Shown in pieces: positions 48,096 through 57,560 of a DNA stretch of 64,000 bases. Below the pieces are notes generated by a model. That model made no database searches. It worked only from the letters and a program-made list of their open reading frames with translations, and was not told the DNA's origin. Within the stretch, counting starts at the first letter, position 1; each line of letters starts with the position of its first letter. Made by a program: the position numbers and the translations under genes. The stretch comes from an uncultured Pseudomonadales bacterium (GTDB taxonomy: Bacteria; Patescibacteriota; Microgenomatia; UBA1400; MFAQ01). The DNA is taken from NCBI GenBank assembly GCA_964439805.1, contig CAYTOI010000001.1, positions 67,573 through 131,572 of the forward strand, given 5' to 3'.

Positions 48096-50828
48096 ATGAA
48101 AATAAATCACATGCAATATACTAAAAGCATGACTCCCGCAAAGGCCAAAGTATCAACATGGTCAAATAACGATAGAATCTCAGAGTACTTAAAGTCTTTA
48201 GAGCTTGATGAAATTACATTTTGTGATTTTAAAATTAACCACACCGCTGACTATGATTCCGTCTTTATTGATCTTTCAAAAGACTTAGTAGATACAACTC
48301 AAAAAATACTTACCACTTATCTTCACGCTCGTGAAAACAAAAGGAAAATAGTGGTAATTCTTCTATGTGATATTTTTGGCTCTGATGAAAAAATAATTCA
48401 AATTAAAAAGCTTCTCGGAGACATATCAAAAGATGAATCCATCCACAGACTTATCGTTTGCCAAGACATCTTCTTCTTAGATATCGAGACTCTTATTTCC
48501 CCCTTGGATGAAACAATTAACAAGGTCATTTCCAAGAATGAAATATTTGTTACCCAAAAAGGAAATTTTTACTACTACCCTATTCACATTTCTGACTTGC
48601 TTAATATAGTTAAAAAAACCTTATTCCTGTCCAACACCAATGGTCAAGAATTCTACCTTCAGGGTGAGAAAATTTCAGACCTAGATATTGCCTATCTCCT
48701 AAAAGAGCTAATTTTGGAAAACTATAAAAAGGAACTGGATATAAACAATAACGGTTTAAGTAATAGCCTCAAAAAAGACTATTCAAGTGAGTCAGTAAAA
48801 ACTCTTGCCTTGTTAAATATCGACATAAAAACAAATTTGTATGAATTTCTAAAACAATTTATACACACCACAAAGAGTGAAACTTCAATTGTAGATGAAC
48901 CCAAAAAGCAGGGGAAGCTGACAAAAATTATTCACAACTCCTTTGCTTACAGGCTTTTTCACAGGCTAAACAATTTTAAAAAGCCTGAATCAGTAGAGGA
49001 TATTAAAAAATATTTTTCCAAAAAAACAGCCCAAATAATTGAAAGGGGGTTGGCGATAGTTTGTTTAATATACTTGGCGGTGTCAATAATTTTTATGATT
49101 TCCTCGTATTATTCATTAAAAAATATTGAGGCTTCATTGTTTAATTTAAAGAAGGGGAATGTGGAAAAATCCGTCTCAGCCTTAAATTTATCTATCATCA
49201 ACAAAAATATTTCTGAGAGTAATTACCTTATTTTGTCACCCGTTATTCAGTTTTTCTCGGAAAACTTTGATAAAACCAATCAAAATTTCCTTAACTTTCT
49301 AGGATTCACTCAGAACTCAATTTTGGGTTTTCAACAAACCTACATGCTAGCTGATAAGGTTTATAGTACTATTGGGAACGTAGAAAGTGTTGAAAATTAC
49401 GACCAAATTGTCCTAGGCTTAAAATCTAATCTCCAGCAAAGCTTTGAATCTATAAACCAGATTGAAATATTGTTAGAAAAAGGGGATCTTCCAAAACCTT
49501 TAATCCAAAAGGTGAAACAAGCAGTTGAATATAATGATTTGCACAATTCTCAGGAGCAGATAGGTGAAATAGTAAAAATAGTCGATTTGCTACCAGAAAT
49601 ATTGGGTTTCAAATCAATTTCTAACATTTTTATTCTTGTGCAAAATGATCACGAACAGAGAGCTACAGGGGGAGCTATAGACCAAGTTGTTCAACTCAGT
49701 ATTGATAAGGGTAAAAAAATCCATTCACAGGTTTTGAGTCCTGGCGAAATTGACTCCCTTGATACTTTTACCTTACTACCTCCACCTCAGCTAGAAAAAA
49801 TTTCAGGTGAATCTATTTGGAGGCTTCGGGATATGAATTACAATCCTGATTTTCCTCAAACAGCCACAAATATCTCCTGGTACTTAGAAAAAAAACTCAA
49901 AACCAAAGCCAGTGTCATTATTAGTGTCAACACACAAAGTATTGAGAATCTATTGGCTTCAAAAACCGAATTTGCAAAATCTTTGTCAAGCTTAACCTCA
50001 GAAGAATACAAGCAAAAACTAGATCAAGGTGGGGGTCAGTCTTACAACAAAGAAATACTTGAAAAGATAATCGACGGTCTTTTTTCTCATAAAATTCCCA
50101 CTCCGGAATTAAGTAAAAATCTTTCAGACCTCTTTGTGTCTGGAAATATCTTTCTTTGGACAAGTAATATTGATATAGAAAAAAATATCCAAGGCTTACC
50201 TTTTTCTGGTGGTATACAGCTAAACAACTGTCATTCATCTATGGGATCAGCTAGGGTTTGTCTCTCCGAAACTTCTCACTTAAATTTCTCTAATTTTTCC
50301 CTTATACCTCTCAACAATTTCCTCCAAAAAGATATTGCTCACACTGTTACACCAATGGTTTTGAGTGTAGATCATGATATTAAGGTGAACTATAAGTATC
50401 TCAAAAGTGCTCCTCTGGTAAATAGGGAGCTTGTTGAGGTAGTCCAGTTGTATCTGCCAAAATCATCAGTAATCAGTGAAATACTTTTAAATGATCAAAT
50501 GATTCCTTTGACCAATGTCTCAATGATTAGCGAAGTGACACTTAACAGATTTCAATTTGTAATTTCTACACCCCTAAACAAAAACAATGTTTTAAACATT
50601 AAATACACAACACCTCTTAAGGAGAGGGTGGTATTGCCCATCGCCTATTCTTTTACAGATATTCGTCAATCTGGTCTCATAAAATCAGAAAATACCTTAG
50701 AAATCAACATTCCAGACATGGCCAGAGCCTCAGCTATAACCAGTGAGGTTCAAAGCAGTCCCAATAAAATTATCTACAAATCCGAGAAGGGGAACTTAAA
50801 TTTTGGGGTCAATTTTGTTCCCAGGTAG
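48096..50828 (+). CDS. Large membrane protein, DUF4012-like (putative cell-envelope biogenesis protein)
   Basis: 910 aa: ~310-aa cytoplasmic N-terminus, one TM (LAIVCLIYLAVSIIFMI), large external domain containing FILVQNDHEQRATGGAIDQVV, which resembles the N-x-E-x-R-x-T-G-G motif of DUF4012 proteins. Confidence 0.5.
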   Translation: MKINHMQYTKSMTPAKAKVSTWSNNDRISEYLKSLELDEITFCDFKINHTADYDSVFIDLSKDLVDTTQKILTTYLHARENKRKIVVILLCDIFGSDEKIIQIKKLLGDISKDESIHRLIVCQDIFFLDIETLISPLDETINKVISKNEIFVTQKGNFYYYPIHISDLLNIVKKTLFLSNTNGQEFYLQGEKISDLDIAYLLKELILENYKKELDINNNGLSNSLKKDYSSESVKTLALLNIDIKTNLYEFLKQFIHTTKSETSIVDEPKKQGKLTKIIHNSFAYRLFHRLNNFKKPESVEDIKKYFSKKTAQIIERGLAIVCLIYLAVSIIFMISSYYSLKNIEASLFNLKKGNVEKSVSALNLSIINKNISESNYLILSPVIQFFSENFDKTNQNFLNFLGFTQNSILGFQQTYMLADKVYSTIGNVESVENYDQIVLGLKSNLQQSFESINQIEILLEKGDLPKPLIQKVKQAVEYNDLHNSQEQIGEIVKIVDLLPEILGFKSISNIFILVQNDHEQRATGGAIDQVVQLSIDKGKKIHSQVLSPGEIDSLDTFTLLPPPQLEKISGESIWRLRDMNYNPDFPQTATNISWYLEKKLKTKASVIISVNTQSIENLLASKTEFAKSLSSLTSEEYKQKLDQGGGQSYNKEILEKIIDGLFSHKIPTPELSKNLSDLFVSGNIFLWTSNIDIEKNIQGLPFSGGIQLNNCHSSMGSARVCLSETSHLNFSNFSLIPLNNFLQKDIAHTVTPMVLSVDHDIKVNYKYLKSAPLVNRELVEVVQLYLPKSSVISEILLNDQMIPLTNVSMISEVTLNRFQFVISTPLNKNNVLNIKYTTPLKERVVLPIAYSFTDIRQSGLIKSENTLEINIPDMARASAITSEVQSSPNKIIYKSEKGNLNFGVNFVPR

Positions 50829-50860
50829 AATTTTGAGCTCTTTTAGGCTACAATACCACC

Positions 50861-51520
50861 ATGAATAAATACGTTTTAAAGGCTGAAAAAAGAGAAATTA
50901 TAGGTAGTAAGGTGCGTAAAATGCGCAAGGTTGGCTTAATTCCAGCCACGGTCTTTGGAAAAACTGTAGATAGTGCTTCAATCCAAATCTCTAGCGTTGA
51001 GTTCAATAGAGTTTACAAGCAAGCCGGAGAAACCAGTCTTATTTGGATCTCCGTTGATGGTGAGGCAAAAGAAAGACCAACCTTGGTAAAAGACCTCTCT
51101 AATAACCCCATGACCGGTAAAATTGTCCATATTGATTTTCATCAAGTTAACCTCAAGGAAAAAGTTACTGCAAACGTTCCAGTAGAAATTATTGGTGAAT
51201 CTGATCTAATTAAATCTGGGGCTGCCGTACTTGATATTCACATGGACGAGGTAGAAGTAGAAGCTTTGCCAACCGATATCCCAGAAAAACTGGTTTTTGA
51301 TATTTCTTCACTAAAAGAAGTCGGTGAACACTTGTTACTTTCTTCCGCAGTTCTACCTTCTGGAGTCACCTTAATAACTGACTCTGAAAGTATTGTAGTG
51401 GCTCTAGGCGAGCCTCAAAAGGAAGAAGAGCCTCTGGATACAGCAGTTGCTGAAACAGAAGTCGTAGGCGAAGCTGACAAAGACAAAAAAGAAGAGTCTG
51501 CATCCGAAACAAAAGAATAA
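50861..51520 (+). CDS. rplY: Ribosomal protein bL25 (general stress protein Ctc form)
   Basis: REIIGSKVRKMRKVGLIPATVFGK N-terminus plus an acidic C-terminal extension. Confidence 0.8.
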   Translation: MNKYVLKAEKREIIGSKVRKMRKVGLIPATVFGKTVDSASIQISSVEFNRVYKQAGETSLIWISVDGEAKERPTLVKDLSNNPMTGKIVHIDFHQVNLKEKVTANVPVEIIGESDLIKSGAAVLDIHMDEVEVEALPTDIPEKLVFDISSLKEVGEHLLLSSAVLPSGVTLITDSESIVVALGEPQKEEEPLDTAVAETEVVGEADKDKKEESASETKE

Positions 51521-51535
51521 TTATTGTTCAATAAC

Positions 51536-51563
51536 AAAAACTCCCCATCGGGGGAGTTTTTTT
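51536..51563. terminator. Bidirectional rho-independent terminator between convergent rplY and valS
   Basis: aaaaactcccc-atcg-ggggagttttttt: perfect 7-bp GC-rich stem flanked by A-run and T-run. Confidence 0.75.
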
Positions 51564-51625
51564 GCATCTTGTCATTCCGGACTAGCTTGTCCCGATTGTT
51601 CAGTCGGGGATCCGGAATCCAGGAC

Positions 51626-53728
51626 TCACCATCTCTCATTGATCAGCAAACCTTCCTCAGGATAAATCTCTTTCCAAACAGCTTCTGTTACAAACGGCAC
51701 GAATGGGTGTAAGAGTTTAATAAAAGTCTTATATCCGTTATTCAAAACTTCAGCTGATATCTCACCTTTTTTACAAGCTTCAATTTGTTCATCACAAAAC
51801 CAGTGCCAGAACTCGTTATAAACAGTCTCCGAAGCCAGACCAACTCTGTTCTCATTCAACAATCTCGTCATTTCAGCCACAACTTCATTTAACTTCTTCT
51901 CAAACTCCCCGTCTTTTACTTTGGTTGTCTCGAGTTCTTGATTCTTCGAGTTCTTGAGTTCTTGAGTAAATCTCCCTGCATTCCAAATCTTATTTGCAAA
52001 ATTTCTCATGCCTCTCACTTTATTCTCACCTGTATTAGAATCTATTCCTGGAGCCGTACTCATAACTAGAGCCATTCTGAGAGCATCAGTTCCATACTTT
52101 TCTGAAAGCTCCAGTGGGTTAATTACATTCCCTTTACTCTTACTCATTTTTTGACCTTTTTCGTCTCGAACTAATCCATGAAGATATACAGTTTTAAAGG
52201 GGACTTTTCCTGTCATCTCAATTCCTAGCATCAACATTCTCATTACCCAAAAAGGCAAAATATCATAAGCGGTCTCCATTACTTGGGTGGGGTAGTACTT
52301 CTCAAAATCCATCTCTTTATTAGTTTTTAGGGTTGCAAAAGGCCACTGACCGGAGCTAAACCACGTGTCAAAAGTATCCGTCTCCTGTATCCATCCCTCG
52401 CCTGGATTCTCTTTTTGTACCAAATACTCCTCATTTTCTAGAGTTCTTGATTCCTTGAGTTCTTGAATTCTTTCTCTATACCACACCGGCATCCTAATAC
52501 CCCAAACAATCTGCCTACTTACATTCCAGTCTCTAAGATTCTCAAGCCAGTGTCTCAAAATTTTATCGTGACCAGATCCCATTACTTCAAATTCATTGTT
52601 GTCCAAAGCTGATAAAACCTTTTGGGCCATAGATTTTACAGATATAAAGAACTGAGACCTTGGTAAGGGCTCTATGGTTCTTCCACACCTGTAACACACA
52701 CCCACATTGTGACCGTAGTCTTTTGTTTCAATTAGTTTTTCACCCAAATCAATAACTATTTTTTCTCTAGCTGCAGATACACTCAAACCCGCATACTCAC
52801 CTGCATTCTCGGTCATTTTGCCGTTTTCTCCTACAACTTTAAATTCTTTACAGATTTCCTGAAGATTCATTTTTGCTCTCTCAGCCATGGCCCAGTCATT
52901 TGGGTCATGCGCAGGAGTAACTTTTACAGCTCCAGTTCCAAAACTAATATCAACTAGCTCGTCAGCAATAACAGGAATTTTTCTGTTTACTAGGGGAATA
53001 GTTACCATCTTTCCAATAATTCCTTTGTATCTCTCGTCGTTTGGATTTACGGCTACAGCAACGTCGCCCAAAAGGGTTTCTGGTCTAGTAGTGGCGACTA
53101 CAACACCTTCACCATAGTCTATTGTATAAAGTTTGTCATTCTTTTCTTCGTGATTTACTTCCAGCTCAGAGTAAGCAGTGCCACACTTTGTACAAAAATT
53201 AACTAGTTTCTCAGCTTTGTAAACCAGTCCACGTTTGTTTAGTTCTACAAAAGTCTCCTGAACCAAAGAAACAATTTCTGGGTTGAGTGTAAATTTGTAT
53301 CTACTCCAGTCAGCACTAGCTCCCAACTTTTTCATTTGGTCTATTGCTACATCTGAGTTCTCTGAGACATAATCCCAAATCATCTTAAAAAGAGTCTCTC
53401 TGTCGTAGTCGAATCTGCTCTTGTCTACTTTGGCAAGTTTCTTTTCGAAAACAAACTGTGTTTCAATCCCCGCGTGATCAGTACCGGGTAGCCACAAGGT
53501 AGCGTCTCCAAGCATTCTGTGAAAGCGAACCAGAATATCTTCTACTGTTACAAACATTGCGTGCCCCACGTGCAAAGGATCGTTTGCGTTGGGTGGCGGC
53601 ATAATCACGGTAAATGTTTTCTGTTCTCCTGTCAGATCCTTGCCTGCCGGGGGAGTAAAAGCACCAGAATCCTCCCACAATTTATAAAGTGAGTCTTCGT
53701 ATTTTTTGTGATCGTAATTTTTGTCCAT
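51626..53728 (-). CDS. valS: Valyl-tRNA synthetase (compact form)
   Basis: Class I HIGH region PPPNANDPLHVGHA and KMSKS (KMSKSKGNVI). Two in-frame octamer-repeat insertions at 51931-51967 (QELKNSKNQELETTK) and 52438-52468 (ESRTLENEE). Confidence 0.8.
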   Translation of the reverse strand: MDKNYDHKKYEDSLYKLWEDSGAFTPPAGKDLTGEQKTFTVIMPPPNANDPLHVGHAMFVTVEDILVRFHRMLGDATLWLPGTDHAGIETQFVFEKKLAKVDKSRFDYDRETLFKMIWDYVSENSDVAIDQMKKLGASADWSRYKFTLNPEIVSLVQETFVELNKRGLVYKAEKLVNFCTKCGTAYSELEVNHEEKNDKLYTIDYGEGVVVATTRPETLLGDVAVAVNPNDERYKGIIGKMVTIPLVNRKIPVIADELVDISFGTGAVKVTPAHDPNDWAMAERAKMNLQEICKEFKVVGENGKMTENAGEYAGLSVSAAREKIVIDLGEKLIETKDYGHNVGVCYRCGRTIEPLPRSQFFISVKSMAQKVLSALDNNEFEVMGSGHDKILRHWLENLRDWNVSRQIVWGIRMPVWYRERIQELKESRTLENEEYLVQKENPGEGWIQETDTFDTWFSSGQWPFATLKTNKEMDFEKYYPTQVMETAYDILPFWVMRMLMLGIEMTGKVPFKTVYLHGLVRDEKGQKMSKSKGNVINPLELSEKYGTDALRMALVMSTAPGIDSNTGENKVRGMRNFANKIWNAGRFTQELKNSKNQELETTKVKDGEFEKKLNEVVAEMTRLLNENRVGLASETVYNEFWHWFCDEQIEACKKGEISAEVLNNGYKTFIKLLHPFVPFVTEAVWKEIYPEEGLLINERW

Positions 53729-54055
53729 CCACCCAATTTTACCCCAAACTTGACTCTTGTGGCTACAAAACCTATAATCCCGTCAACTGGAGGATCCGTG
53801 AACATTCAAAATCCTGAAGCGTTGACCAATTTGGCTTTTATCTTCTACCTAATAGCCTGTTTTATCTCGCTGTTTTTTAAAAAATTTAACATCAACAGCA
53901 TCATTTTGATTATTTTCTTGGATGTAATTTCAGGTTTATGTTTAGTTTTTGCAAATTCAGATTATGCCTTTTTACCCTTGCTCACAGCTGCACTGCACTC
54001 AATAATGCTAATTAGCCTAAAGAAAAACAAATTAGACCCGTCCTAGCGACGGGTT

Positions 54056-55117
54056 TTATATTATCCCCATCCCTGGGTCGGGAGATATTTCGGTACTTGC
54101 TGTGATAGGTTTGAGTAAGGCACAGGCTCCAATCATGGCTGCATTGTCCCCACAATACTTTAATTCTGGAACAAAGAACTTTAAACCTCTACTTTCGACA
54201 GTCTTTCTCATCTCTTCTCTAATTTTGGAATTTGCCGCCACTCCGCCGGCGAGAAGAACACTCTTCACAGAATACTTATCCATTGCCAAATTTAATTTCT
54301 TTATCAGAATCTCGGTCACCGCCTCAGAAAAATCCCTAACATACAAATCTCTCTCTTTCTGAGATCTGATATCTGAGAACTGAGAACTAACCCTAGTCAC
54401 CGCAGCCTTTAAACCTGAAAAACTCATCTCTAAGCTATCATCATTAATTAGTGGTCTAGGAAGTTTATCTTTCTTATTTAGTTTCGAATACTCTTCATTT
54501 GTAACACTCTTGGTTCTTTTATCGATTTCTGGCCCACCAGGATAGGGAAGTCCAAAAGCTCTTGCTGCCTTGTCAAAGGCTTCTCCTACAGCGTCATCTC
54601 TGGTGCCACCAATCCACTCCCAATCGTCTACAGACTTCATATAGACAAAATCAGTGTGACCTCCACTAGCAATCAATCCAATTGCCGGCATCTCCGGCAC
54701 CTCATCATCTTGAGTTCTTGATTCCTTGATTCCTTGATTTCTTGGATTTATTATCCAATTTCCCATCAAATGTGCGCCCACGTGATTTACCGAAAGAAGC
54801 GGCTTGTTAAAAACCCAAGCGAGAGTTTTGGCCGTTTCCACACCTATCAGTAAACTTCCCATTAATCCTGGCCCAAAACTCGCTGCAATAGCATCAATTT
54901 CCTCCATTTTAATTTCACCCAAAGCTTCTTTAATTACAGGAATAATGCTTTTTACTTGCTCACGTGCAGCCAGCTCGGGGATTATTCCTCCGTATTTCTC
55001 TTGAATCGCAATTGAACTTGCCACAACAGAGATTAATACTCTCACGCCCAAACCAATATTCTCCACTACCGCAGCCGCAGTCTCATCACACGTACTCTCA
55101 ATTGCCAATATCTTCAT
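54056..55117 (-). CDS. tsaD: tRNA N6-adenosine threonylcarbamoyltransferase TsaD (Kae1/YgjD family)
   Basis: MKILAIESTCDETAAAV N-terminus, HxxxH metal site region (NHVGAHLM) and C-terminal GGVAANSKIRE. Carries in-frame repeat insertions at 54356-54390 and 54708-54747. Confidence 0.9.
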   Translation of the reverse strand: MKILAIESTCDETAAAVVENIGLGVRVLISVVASSIAIQEKYGGIIPELAAREQVKSIIPVIKEALGEIKMEEIDAIAASFGPGLMGSLLIGVETAKTLAWVFNKPLLSVNHVGAHLMGNWIINPRNQGIKESRTQDDEVPEMPAIGLIASGGHTDFVYMKSVDDWEWIGGTRDDAVGEAFDKAARAFGLPYPGGPEIDKRTKSVTNEEYSKLNKKDKLPRPLINDDSLEMSFSGLKAAVTRVSSQFSDIRSQKERDLYVRDFSEAVTEILIKKLNLAMDKYSVKSVLLAGGVAANSKIREEMRKTVESRGLKFFVPELKYCGDNAAMIGACALLKPITASTEISPDPGMGII

Positions 55118-55158
55118 CCATATATTTTAACCTAAACAAAGAGGATGGATTTTTAGTT

Positions 55159-55797
55159 CTATAAAGCAAAGTATTTTCTTGCTTCCTCAATAGAAGTTGG
55201 AATGATTTTGTCTCTTTTTTCAACAAATTCGTTATATTCCTTACTATTGCCCAAACGGTTATTTTTATTAAATATGACTAATAGTTCAGAGGATAAATAC
55301 TTTTGCCATATTTCATTTCCACAATCGACCTTACCAATTTCATCAAGTACTATTTTTCTGTATAAATCAATTTTTTTTGAACCTATTTGCATTAAAAAAA
55401 GGTCTGGTAAAAAGGTGTTAGGTAAATTGAGAGGATCTCTGACAGATATTTCTGCAGAAAAGTATTCAATTAGAGATTTGACATCTCTTTTTATAATATC
55501 AGGGGATATTGTTTTAAAATGTATGCCAGGTGTTTCAGTGGAGTCTAAATTTTTTGAAATTTCCAGTTTTAGTTCATCAATGTCATTTGAATTAGAACCA
55601 TCATTAATAAATACCGTTGAATCCATATCACTGTTAGACTTATTAAATCCGTAAGTATGACTTCCTTGTACAACGGCGCCAGCAACACAGTCGTAGGTGT
55701 TTAATATTTTCCTAAAACAATCTAATTTATTATAAGAAACCTCACTCACTTTAAATCTATGTTTTTCTAGATAATTTGAGATTTCAATTGAATCCAT
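55159..55797 (-). CDS. Nucleotidyltransferase-fold (Pol-beta-like) domain protein
   Basis: GAVVQGSHTYGFNKSNSDMDSTVFI matches the G[SG]-x(9-13)-D-x-D minimal NTase motif. Confidence 0.5.
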   Translation of the reverse strand: MDSIEISNYLEKHRFKVSEVSYNKLDCFRKILNTYDCVAGAVVQGSHTYGFNKSNSDMDSTVFINDGSNSNDIDELKLEISKNLDSTETPGIHFKTISPDIIKRDVKSLIEYFSAEISVRDPLNLPNTFLPDLFLMQIGSKKIDLYRKIVLDEIGKVDCGNEIWQKYLSSELLVIFNKNNRLGNSKEYNEFVEKRDKIIPTSIEEARKYFAL

Positions 55798-55803
55798 ATC
55801 ATT

Positions 55804-57522
55804 TCATTCTCCCGTACCCACCAAATAAACCGCTCTCCATGGCTGGTAATTACTCACAAATCTTTTTTCAAACAAACTTTCTCCACCTCGCTCAACTTTA
55901 TAGTCAAAGGTAACTTTTGCTCCAGCAGCTGACCAGTCTATCTGTTTTGTAGTTCCTTTGGGTAAGTTGGGGTCATCAATATAAGAAGTGGCGGGAGCAG
56001 AGGACTGGTTTGTGATAACTGGTTTGGAGATCGTAGATTTTCTTCCATCACTTGTTCCGTATATTTCTACTCGCATCGTCAAATTTTTGGTGTCTACTTT
56101 AGTCTGAACTAATATATGATGCCCTGTATCATTCAAAAATTTAAAGTCAGTAGATGGGGAGTATATAGTTGCATCAAGGCCGGGAGGACTATCTTGTTCA
56201 TAATATCCCACTCTATATGCATGAGCTTTTCTCTCGGTAATAGGGAATCCAAAGTCCATAGCAGCTCTAAATACTGTTGTAGAAACTTGGCAAACTCCGC
56301 CTCCATCACCTAGCACAGTCTTTCCCTCACTAATAACATAAGCCGTCTGATATCCACTTTGTCTATTTATTTCACCCACAGCTGCGTTAAACGAAAATTC
56401 TTCTCCAGGAGCCACTACCACTCCATTTATTCTAGAAGCAGCCAAGTTCACATTAAACACTCTATTGGCAATCGAGTGACCAAAGCTAGATTTTCCAACA
56501 CCAATCAATTCTTTTATCCCCATATTGTTGATCTCACCAGCTCGAATTTTGGGATAACTTAAAATCACCGGAATATTTAAACTCTTTTCTTTACTACTAA
56601 GTAGGGAATCACCAATCAATTTTTCAAACTTAGGTTTGTCAATAACAGCTCCAACTATCTCTGGTTTAAACTCTTTTACTCTTCCATCTTCAAAAACAAA
56701 TACGGCGTCTTTTGGTTCCGTCTCTACATTCTCAATTATTTCATTCAGTAGTTTATTAAAATTACCACCATTCAAATTATTGTTATCTACACCAAACAGG
56801 GAAGCTAGATCTTCAGAGCTAATTTTCTTAACATACTCTCCATATTTTAGCTCCATCTTCTCTTCTCCAAAAGAGTTTAAATTTGCTATTACCTTGTTGG
56901 CAACTTCTTCGCTGGCGTCTGTCTTAACTTCTTCCGTTTTAACTTTAATGGTTTGTACTCCAGGGTAGCTAAGACGATCCCTTACTTCTGATTTTAGTTT
57001 GTCAGAGTTTATCTTTAGCCCACTCTTACCCTTTACTAGTTCAAAACCATTCTTATTTTTTACTATTCTTGGCCAAACAGGCTCCATTGAAGCTGTGGCA
57101 GATACCTCATCAACCAGGTCATCCAAGTCTGATTCGTTAAATTCCAATGGAACAACTAACTCTTTAGTATTAAAAAATAAATCAACTCTCTGCCTTGAGT
57201 CGCCAAAAATATCTCCTGACCTACCGATCTTAAGTGCTTGCTCTGAAGCCCAGAGAGCATTTCTCTTAATGTTTAAAGTACTTAAAAGTTTTATCTCAGT
57301 TCCATCTTCCTTACTTATTACAATCTTATTGGGATTTTCTTTAAAGGTTTTTACAATTTTTGCTTCGGCCACTTCTTTACTAAGTCCTCCTACATCAATT
57401 TTAGACACAAACACATTTGGGAGAATGATGTTTCTATAGGCGAGCGCGTACCCAGCAAAGGCCGAAAGGGCTAGAAAAAATATGAAGACCGCAAACCAAA
57501 TAGGATTTTTTATTTTATTCAT
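55804..57522 (-). CDS. VanW-family protein
   Basis: N-terminal TM and a C-terminal VanW core (GGGVCQVSTTVFRAAMDFG). Confidence 0.8.
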   Translation of the reverse strand: MNKIKNPIWFAVFIFFLALSAFAGYALAYRNIILPNVFVSKIDVGGLSKEVAEAKIVKTFKENPNKIVISKEDGTEIKLLSTLNIKRNALWASEQALKIGRSGDIFGDSRQRVDLFFNTKELVVPLEFNESDLDDLVDEVSATASMEPVWPRIVKNKNGFELVKGKSGLKINSDKLKSEVRDRLSYPGVQTIKVKTEEVKTDASEEVANKVIANLNSFGEEKMELKYGEYVKKISSEDLASLFGVDNNNLNGGNFNKLLNEIIENVETEPKDAVFVFEDGRVKEFKPEIVGAVIDKPKFEKLIGDSLLSSKEKSLNIPVILSYPKIRAGEINNMGIKELIGVGKSSFGHSIANRVFNVNLAASRINGVVVAPGEEFSFNAAVGEINRQSGYQTAYVISEGKTVLGDGGGVCQVSTTVFRAAMDFGFPITERKAHAYRVGYYEQDSPPGLDATIYSPSTDFKFLNDTGHHILVQTKVDTKNLTMRVEIYGTSDGRKSTISKPVITNQSSAPATSYIDDPNLPKGTTKQIDWSAAGAKVTFDYKVERGGESLFEKRFVSNYQPWRAVYLVGTGE

Positions 57523-57560
57523 TCTTGTTATACTTACTAATAGTACAACGATAATTTTTT

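Noticed and set aside
3690-54747. Tandem octamer blocks as a CRISPR array
   Set aside because: The unit is 8 nt with no spacers. Blocks are only 28-40 nt long and dispersed singly. Several lie inside intact ORFs in-frame. No cas genes are present in the window.
51931-54747. Repeat insertions in valS and tsaD as evidence of pseudogenisation
   Set aside because: Both ORFs remain full-length with all catalytic motifs and no frameshifts or stops. Every insertion is a multiple of 3 nt.
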